Origin: Blasia pusilla
Taxonomy: Eukaryota
Assembly: GCA_050084515.1 (NCBI GenBank)
Contig: CM114271.1
Span: forward strand, 15,128,001-15,192,000
Reading direction: 5' to 3'
Length of the DNA stretch: 64,000 nucleotides
Shown: piece by piece, positions 55,099 through 64,000 of the stretch
How the letters are laid out: the number at the start of each line of letters is the position of its first letter
Position numbering within the stretch: position 1 is the stretch's first letter
Program-made: the position numbers and the translations under genes
The notes under the pieces: model-generated
What the model saw: only the letters and a program-made list of their open reading frames with translations
Database searches by the model: none
Told to the model about the DNA's origin: nothing

Positions 55099-56192
55099 TT
55101 AATTGGAGGCAAAGTACTCATTAGAAGAATCGTTGTAAGCCACTTTATCAAAACTTGACTAGTGTGTAACAAAGAATTGAATATTTTCTCATTTATGAGG
55201 ATCTTATAAGTTGTTGAGATAATTAAGATCCCGCAATAATGGTATTGTTGGTAAAAATATTTTCTTGATGTTGGAATGTGATGCATTAACGAGGGAGGCT
55301 TTTGAAAATAAAAAGTATAGGCTTTTACGTGCATTCCCATTTGTACTCATTCTTTTAATTAGACCTTGTTTTCATCATCGAGCATGCCAATCTTGGCCTA
55401 TCCCTATTTCTAATGGATTTGGAGCTTCTTGTTCCATTTCCCGACATGCTCACCTAAAATCAATTCCTAAACTTTCAAAGTCCTATCACACTTCACAATA
55501 TTTCTTCGCAAATTTTCATTTTATCTTGCGTTTAGCTATCAAATGCAAATGAAATATAATTTTTTTTAAAAAAATTTCTATTATTATTAGAGAGTTTTAT
55601 TTATTTATTATCCATAAAATTTTTAATTTCAATGATTAGTACGATAGCCGTGAATAAAAATAACTCAAATTTCAAAAGAGATGAAAAAGAAGGCACATGT
55701 CATTCAATTAGATTATAGGAGAGTGTCTTCTTATTTATAAATCATGTTTATAAATTTGAATTTGAAACATGGTTAGTACACTAGTGTTCTTTCATGTCAC
55801 ATCTTCAAAAGGAATTAAAAGAGATCTCTTATTAATTTCTAAACGAGTATGCGGAAACCACATGGAGTGGCCTTTGTTTCCGATTAAGAATGAAACTTCA
55901 AGAAAATAAAATAACTAATGAAGGGGGTTTAAAAACAAATCGTTCTTATGTTCTTTCATCAAAAGCATACGAACATGGAACTTACCGCGCCAAAAAAGAA
56001 AGTGGAATGATTCGAAATGAAGCGAAAGAAGTCGAAGAATGAGGGAGCGGATTTTAAATGGGAAGAGGGTCGAAAATGAGGAGAAACTCGTCCATCCGAT
56101 GACCAAACTAATGGAAGAAGTGGACGCGCAATTCCTTAACGAGTTCCGGAACGACGAGAGAAGTTCCGAGGAATGACAGACGGATGCCCTCC

Positions 56193-56310
56193 GAAATTCG
56201 GAGGAATCACGAGACGAGTTTCCTTTTCTTGATCGGAAGCAAATGCCCTCAGAAATTCGGAGGAATCATGAGTCGAGTTTCCTTTTCTTGATCGGAAGCA
56301 AATGCCCCCC
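56193..56310. repeat. ~59-bp tandem duplication upstream of the quinone oxidoreductase gene
   Basis: GAAATTCGGAGGAATCA(C/T)GAG(A/T)CGAGTTTCCTTTTCTTGATCGGAAGCAAATGCCC occurs twice. Confidence 0.85.
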
Positions 56311-57081
56311 GTGATGTCTCCAGGAATGAAAGCGAAGTTCTGATGAATGATGAGCTGCGAACGAAGACCCTTTCAACGAGTAAAACTGTGTCACATGTCG
56401 ACACAATTTTGACTTGCGCATGCGTGGAAGCACCCGACCTCTCACAAGTTCGTGCGTCAGAGGACGAACAGTTATGGCCTCCCGATCCAAGAATCCACGA
56501 GCCGTACACATCATCTTGAGTAGCGGAGGCAATAGCGGAATCCGGTCGTACAGGAAAGTTACTGAATAAACTAATCACGACGGTCGTGCATAATTGAATC
56601 TGTCCATCTCTCGACCACAGAGGCCGAGGCAGAGGCATCACCTAAGGAAGATGCTCAAAACTTGAAGTTCGTTCACAGCCTTTCTCGTAAGAGGAAGGGG
56701 AATTTCTCTGCATGTCTGGACTTCGATGAACTACTAGTGCGAAGGTACGGAAGCTCTGCATTTTGGAAGTGGTCAGAGGAGGACGAGGAAGAAGAAGAGG
56801 GAGCAGAGATCGCACGCAGACTTGCGCGGGTGGTCACCACCGCACTTGTAGCCGAGCGCATTAGTTGCGTTTGCCACTGTCTGTTGGCGGGGCCTTCATG
56901 CGACGGAGCTTGGGGATCGTGGAAGTCAGGGAGCAGCAGCTGGAGGAGGAAGGTTGAGTTCTATTGCACGGATCGTCAGGCTCGGGGGGCTGCACAATTC
57001 TGGTTCAAGGAGGTGGTATCCAAGGAGGACAGAGCGAGAGCGTCGAGCGCAGGAAGGGCAGAATCAGCGGCAGCCGCAGCG

Positions 57082-60072
57082 ATGGTGAAGGCACTGAAAG
57101 TGTACGAATTGGGAGGCCCAGAGGTGTGTGAGCTGCCGGTTCTATCCTTTCTCGTACTTCTGAATATCTTCGTGTGCGTAGATGTGCGCATCAGGTGATT
57201 AGATAGAACAAGCCTGCAATTTTGATGTCGAGGGAGTTGAGTCAAGAGCTCCAGCGTCGAATCGGGAACGAGGAGCGCTGTGGATGTGGCAGACTTTGCT
57301 CAATTCAGTTATAACCAAAGCTCAGGAGAGTAATCCAAGAGGGCCCAGGACACGGCCGAGAATTCTCAATTTTCTCGATTGACCAGTAACTGCTTCTGGA
57401 GGTTTTGTGTGGTTCGTTCTTTCGTCTTTCGGGTTGTTTCTGATGTTCTAGAATCGCCGATAGCCTGGACACTATTTCTCTAGTAGTCCCACTGCAGTGT
57501 TTTCTACTGCAGACGGGTTGAAGCAGTCGAATTGACTTCTTCAGGTCTCGTGTTCGATCTTGCGATCGCAGCTAATGCGTTGAGGGTAGAGTCCATAGGT
57601 TCAAGTCAAAATCTACGAGCCCTTTAACTTGAGCAGTTTCTACCAAGTTTCCAAAGTGATTTGCTCCACTGAGTGCTGATAGAGTGGATTGGATTGTATT
57701 GGATTTGTCTTAGTCCCGATGAATTGTGAGTGAATTGTGAGATCGAAGTTCCGTGGATGCGGTGTTATTGGATTGTATGGGAGTGGTCTTAATTGAGATC
57801 AATTGGAAATGAATTGTGATGCCGAAGTCGTCTGGATACGTTGTTCAAGAAATATGCCACGGGTTGGAGTATTGGATATGCGTCAGGTTCTTTGGAGAGT
57901 CTGAACAGCTGAGGGGTCTGCTTATCCCGGCTTCATGGAGGCTTTGTCTGTTTTGCAGGTATTGAAGTGGGAAGATGTAGAGGTGGGTGAGCCTGGCGAA
58001 GGTCAACTGCGCATTCGACACACTACCATAGGTCTCAATTTCATCGATGTGTACTTTCGTAAGGGAGTGTACAAGGCTCCTCTTCCATTCATACCTGGTA
58101 GGCCTCAAAATTCTTGGATATTGGCGTTTGTGAAGGCTTTGAAACACACTCTCCACTGGAAAAGTGTCGTGTCAAGCACTTACGTTAGGTTTTAAATCTA
58201 CCGGTGATTGTAACCACCGGATTTGCAGATTGAGGTCTTTCAGCTCGTGAAGTCCATAAATTTAATCTATATAATACGCTGGTTTCAATAGGAGATCATC
58301 GCTTTTCAGAGTGAAGTCCATAAATTCTATAGCTTTTTTAGGTTACTGAGGAGGGCTTTCAGTGATTATGTTTTATGGTAACAGGAATGGAGGGAGCTGG
58401 AGTGGTGACAGCCGTTGGGCCCGGATTGACAGGAAGACAAGTGGGAGATAGGGTGGCGTATGCAGGAGTGATGGGTGCCTATGCTGAAGAACGGATAATC
58501 TCAGCTGCATCTGTAGTACCAATTCCAAGTAATATTGATGATGTCAGTGCAAGTGCCATCTTACTCAAAGGAATGACTGCTCTTGTACTTTTACGCCAGT
58601 GCTTCAAGGTGTGTACTCCCATTGAGACCGTGGAGAAGTACTTGCTGTGGTGTTTGGTACATCCTGAATTGGAAAGGAAGAGATGGCTTGCCATGGCTTA
58701 TATTTTGAGTGGAAGTCTTAAAACTGAATGCTGGTACAGAGAAGCAGGGGCAGCTGTTCCTATGTCAGTGCAAGCAGGAGATCCCTGATGCTTCACTTTG
58801 TGCTTCTCCTGAAGGTCACAGAGTGATGACCTTCAGGACCTATCCTTGACCGAGTCAGTTATGGTAAGATAGTGTGACAGTAGGATATCTGGCTATCTTG
58901 TGGTGGAAATGAGTCCAAAGTCTAGAAATATCTATGCTTGTTGCAATTAATCAATGAACTGCAGTCCAGCAAGGACCTGAAGTGAGTCCGATTGAATCAC
59001 TCAAAGATTGATTCTATCCTCGGAAGAAGAACTTACTCTGAAGGGAGGACAGAGTTGTGTCAGTACAGTTAAGAGTGTGGAGAGAGCATTCTGTCATGAC
59101 TCTTTATGTTTTACAAGGGACCTGACAGTGGTTGCCGGCTTAATGTCTATGAGTGCTGTATCTTAGAGCCAAGAAGGTAATTCTTCTGAGTGTATGATGA
59201 TTTGTGTAGGTTGAAGGGGGGCATACTATTCTTGTACACGCTGCTGCTGGTGGTGTTGGATCCCTGTTGTGTCAGTGGGGCCGAGCCCTTGGAGCCACTG
59301 TGATAGGGCTGGTGTCAACTGAGGAGAAAGCTGCTCAAGCAAAAGAGGATGGTGCTCACCATGTTTTCCTGTATTCCAAAGGGGATTATACAGCCAAGGT
59401 GAAAGAAATCACGAATGGAGTAGGAGTGCAAGTTGTTTATGACTCTGTTGGGAAAGACACACTGCAGGTATGGCTTTGGTAGAGAATGTGAAATGTATTC
59501 TATTGATTTCACCTTTCTTGAAAACACTGTTTTAATCACAGCTGTTTATTACGAGCCATTGTCACTGCAACCAGGCACAGCATTTGCTATATGTATCCTG
59601 GTGATACGTGATTTCATTAATCAGCGCCTATACTTGGAATTGCCTTAATATGGATCCAAGCCTGTGTCCCGAGGATATTCAGTCATTTCCTATGAGTAAA
59701 GGCTTTTACTGTTCTTGTAAGCAAATACTCATGGAACTCTGATGTATGCAGGCCTCGCTGGAATGTCTCGCTAAACGGGGATACCTGGTGTGCTTCGGAC
59801 AGTCTTCTGGATCTCCTGATCCTTTACCCTTGTCAGATCTGGCATCCAAGTCCCTGTTTCTTACCAGACCTTCAGTGATGCACTACACCTCCACGAGAGA
59901 TGAACTACTAGCAGCTGCAGGGGAAGTTTTTGCTGCCCTTGCAGGAGGTGTCTTAAAATTGCGTGTTAATCAGACCTATCCTCTGGAGCAAGCTGCAGGT
60001 GCCCATTCAGACATTGAGTCACGGAAAACCACGGGTTCTACTGTTTTTCTTGTAGAGGGTGCAAAAGCATAG
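57082..60072 (+). CDS. NADPH:quinone oxidoreductase, zeta-crystallin/MDR QOR family (At5g61510-like); 5 exons: 57082-57123, 57959-58097, 58385-58608, 59210-59467, 59752-60072
   Basis: MVKALKVYELGGPE|VLKWEDVEVGEPGEGQLRIRHTTIGLNFIDVYFRKGVY..PGMEGAGVV..LLKGMTA..ILVHAAAGGVGSLLCQW (AxxGxxG NADPH motif)..VVYDSVGKDT..FGQSSG..KSLFLTRPS..IESRKTTGSTVFL. All introns GT-AG and the frame is intact. Confidence 0.95.
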
Positions 60073-61652
60073 AATTGAAGCTGCTAATTATGTAAAGAGA
60101 CTCTTACCAGCAACCTTGATTGTCGTCTTCAGACTTGTCCATTCTGGTGGAGAGTGGGTAATAGCTAGCCTGGCCTGAGTTTAAATCATAAAGTTTGGGC
60201 TGAGGTATGAGAAATTTCAAACAGGGTACTTATCTATGTTCACAGGTTGATTATCCTTGCATACGTCTAGGCATCACATACATAACTGTGTTACGTTTTC
60301 CATGAATGATTTTCAATTCTTTGCACAAGTACTGACATTCGAGTCCAGCAGGAGTTTCACAAAGTATGAGTATTTAAAGATCCTTTGTAGTTTATGCTTG
60401 TAGGGTAACACTAGCACTGTACCCTGCAGTTACACTCACATTTGTGGAGCAATTGTAAATGACTTGATTAGTTCTGATTCAGCCTTTCCCAACATCCACT
60501 CCACAAAATTGTCAAGTAAGGCCGAGCTTCAAAACTGGCAGAAAAAGTTCTGGCAGATAGGCTTGCTTGGGACATGATTAGCAGTCGCAAAATTTAATAG
60601 CCAAAAGTATATAGTAAATCTCAGCTGTCAAATTCTATAGAAACTGCATTCAGTGACTTTGTGGTTAGATAGGGCAGATTCTCTGGCAATTCCAAATGAG
60701 TGGTGATTGAAGAAGCCAGATAATGCCTTCAGCTCACAGTTAAGTAAATATCCCTTCAGTAGGCCTTGTATTAGACAACTTTAACCAGAGCTCTTATTCC
60801 CAGTGAGTTTAGAGCCAACCTCGCTTGAACCCTGGGTTCAAGGTCAGATCTCTGTCAAATCATCCTTAATAAGGGGGGCCAATATCCCTTCACGAGCAAA
60901 GGAAGGTAAAAATCAAGCAGGTACAATTTTCAGGTCCCACATTCCAAGCATGGTCCGGCACCAGAGTTGTGAGCGCAAGAATTTAACCTGCCACTAAAGC
61001 AGTGACTACATCAATCAGAAGAGAATCAATCATTTAGACTCGTCCTGTAAATCTCACTGACGAAAGAGTTGTAATGTCTTTCACTTGGAGGTGAAAAGGA
61101 GTTCATAAGATTTTGCTCAGCCCAATTTGACCAAATCACTTTTGCATGTACATGTTGACAGAAACACTTAACACTGGCTAAGAATCACGGATACCACATT
61201 ACCTTACCCTGACAATTATGCCTCTCAAGGAGGTCAAGATTGCTAGCTTCGATTCATTAGGCCCAACTCCTGTGAAGTTGCACGAATTATAAATTCTACA
61301 CTATAGTAAGGCCACAAGAAGAGCTTTGAGGAGCCAGCTGTGATCCCTTTGAATCCAAACTTTCTTGGTAGATTTACTGTCCAAATGATAACTCATCCAT
61401 AGAAACACTGGCAGACAGGCTGAAAACGGATGTAGACTGTTGGCTTGTGGAAGCACCGGGGTGACCACCTACATGACCAGCTCTTGACAAAGATTGAAGT
61501 GAGGGAGAGCATTTGAGTAGGCGAGTTTCAATTTATTGTCTTTTGTGAACTGCTACATACACGAAGCGACTGCTGGGATTAAAAAATCAGGGGTTTCAGG
61601 AATGTGTTGCCAGAAGTGATGGTATACTACAATTTGATATATATGATCATGA

Positions 61653-64000
61653 TTAATATCTTTTTCTGTGAAGTTCCTCTGTAGCTCGTCGAGCAAGCTG
61701 CTTGCGCTGAATCCTTCCAGCCTCTCCCCTGGGAATTGCCTCCAGGAAGATAACTCCCCTGATCTTCTTGTAAGGAGCAACCTGTACATTTGACCAGCTT
61801 GTGAATTACAATGCTTGGGATAGAACTGGATGTTGTCATGTGTTTCTATACACCGCTGCTGCAGTTACAGCTGCTAATAAAAGAAGATGGAACATGTAGA
61901 CCCACGTCCTATGCTTAAATTTACAATGTTGATTTCTTAGGATCTTCGCTCTTTGTGGCAACAATTCCTCATGACACAATGCTGCTGCAGCAGTTTCTAG
62001 ATTGGAGACAGGCTTTCTTTGTAACCAGAGGGTTGGGATCCAATCATGAAGAGATGAAACATATTCTCCAAGTGCGGCAATCCAGGATTTCTAACTGCAG
62101 AAAACATTACGTGAAGTCACATTGATGGGCACAATGACGCACAAGGCAGAAAGACACAGATGCAAACAAAATGTTATGACAAATAGCATACCTCTGCAGC
62201 AACAAGACTAGTGATATCTGATTCAGTCAGTGAACTGTTGGGATTTTGCACCACACATGCAACTGGAACTTGACCTGACTCCTCATCAGGCACTCTGCAT
62301 CCATCCACATCAGCAATCACTACTTAGTCTACGCCCATAAAATAATCTGTTCGAGTTTTCCTTGGCGAACAAGATTTCAAAGTACTATGACAGGAGATGG
62401 CTACTTGGAAGAGTGGAGAGAAGAAGAAGAATTGATTTGTAGTCCACCAAAGCCTAACTGGCGTATGGCACCCCTTCCACATATGTGATATTCACATCTA
62501 GATTTCAAACATTTCTGTTCGAAGTTCCCATAGAGGAGATTAGGTTTCAGAGTGAAGGCCTGGAACTTATTATTGACCATTGAGCAGGGAGCATAATGAA
62601 GGCACACACACATGAAAGGCACACAAGGCTTGCTATCTCTCAAACATGGACCATCCATGCCCTAGGTAGGAGACAAAACTGCTTTGAGGTTGAGACTGCC
62701 CCGCACTGTCCAGGGGAGAGAAAAGGGGACCTCGTTGAGAGGACCTTATGACTGTTCAGCTAACCTCTTGGTCATCTACCACTTGATGACCAAGAGGTTA
62801 GCTGAGAGATAATCCGCTTGTATGTCGGAAGGAGTGACTAGACTCGATTTGAATCTCAAATGGAAAAACTACGCAAAGATCACTGAAAGACTTGGAGGGG
62901 CAGAGTTGATTGCTGATGAGGGCTTCATTACTCACTCACTAGTCCTGATTGTGGGATCTAGAATCACCATTACTTTTCCATTTATTGGATGAGCAACACA
63001 ACCTGTACATGCAAGTATCTAGCTGGCGGCCTAACATAGATAGAGTGCTTACGGGACCACCACAGCGTCCAAGATCCCAGGATGCTGAAGAAGCACTTTC
63101 TCAAGCTCTGCTGGTGCAACCTGCAGAATGGACATTTGCACACGAGCTCTTTATAGGGTTCCAAGTTGCTCAATAGATAACTGGCAGATGTGTGAGGTAA
63201 GTATGGATAGCATTTTGAGATCCTGTCACTGGCACTCCAGGTCTCCACTTTTTTGTCAGGAGAATACTGTAGCAGTCTTTCATTCCTTTTCTGGGCCTCA
63301 AGAAATTTTATTTGGTGTAAGAAAATTTGTTTTGACGTCCTGAAATTCTCGCACAATTTGCTCGGGGGTAGTTGATCTGGGCCCCCGTGAACAATAACCA
63401 TCTCATTCAACCATCCGCTCAATCTCAGGCTACGACTTGTACTGGGTGAGTACAGTCTCTCTATCTCAGTGCAACAAAAACCTTGGGAATCAAGTCACTG
63501 GAAATGAAGGAGGACCTAGTGGTTATCGTACCAAGTATAAATCAAGGACATACTAACCTGGTAGGCCTTATACTTGATGAGTTCCTTTATCCGATCAACG
63601 ATGAACAAAGCCCCTTCCTCGTCAAAGTAAGCCAAGTCCCCCGTGTGTAGCCAGCCCTCAGTATCAATGGTAGCAGCTGTGGCCTCCGGATCATTGAAGT
63701 AGCCTGCATCCACCATGGATAACGAGCTTTAATGCAGAGGCGAGAGTAACGCACACTAACTACATTACATGCTCCAGTCGTGCAGAATGTGAGGCTCATT
63801 GTATTGCAGCGAGGGATCCGACATTGCTGAGATGAAAAATTGACGGATCACTCGTGGAAGTCATTCGGCACAGTAGGCCCAAATTCGGAATTTCAATGAA
63901 GAGCGAGAAGCTGTGGAGGTTGTGCTGTTGCTTACCTTTCATTATCTGGGGTCCCCGTAGCCATAGCTCTCCCTCTTCGTGAGGAGGAAGAAAAATACCG
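61653..64000 (-). CDS. 4-coumarate:CoA ligase-like acyl-activating enzyme, 3' part (5' end beyond window); exons 63936->64000, 63558-63703, 63053-63120, 62192-62294, 61653-61781
   Basis: [99 protein letters not shown]..|[42 protein letters not shown]. The 68- and 103-nt exons are typical of plant 4CL genes. Confidence 0.93.
62420..62750 (-). repeat. Dispersed ~300-bp repeat, copy 2, in an intron of the 4CL-like gene
   Basis: Reverse complement matches 11090-11384. Confidence 0.75.

Noticed and set aside
62046-62094. Alternative terminal exon of the 4CL-like gene ([16 protein letters not shown])
   Set aside because: Only an acceptor-like TTTTCTGCAG supports it; there is no homology, and the downstream exon gives the conserved C-terminus.

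Overview
Eukaryotic nuclear DNA from a land plant, probably a non-seed plant (inferred from intron structure, gene content and TE types). No prokaryotic features, RNA genes or CRISPR arrays were found. I could splice five host genes by hand: a small DnaJ/J-domain gene with a long uORF-rich leader (+, 1581-4474); an archaeal-type 3-dehydroquinate synthase II homologue with one GC-AG intron (+, 13031-17131); plastid enolase ENO1 (+, 37479-40459); a zeta-crystallin-type quinone oxidoreductase with an AUG-less upstream in-frame extension (+, 57082-60072); and the 3' part of a 4-coumarate:CoA ligase-like gene whose A10 catalytic Lys is Arg (-, 61653->64000). Intergenic DNA is rich in TEs: decayed LINEs, a complete 200-bp mini-Helitron, a Helitron Zn-finger relic, a hAT (ZNF862-like) transposase relic and LTR-like debris. 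The standout is a 12.7-kb Mutator-like element (42376-55098) with long TIRs and an exact TTAATTGG target-site duplication. Its decayed transposase resembles the Arabidopsis At4g13970/At1g60560 SWIM-finger host genes, and it carries a second, convergent multi-exon gene of unrecognised family. All homology calls come from motif recognition by memory, not database searches.
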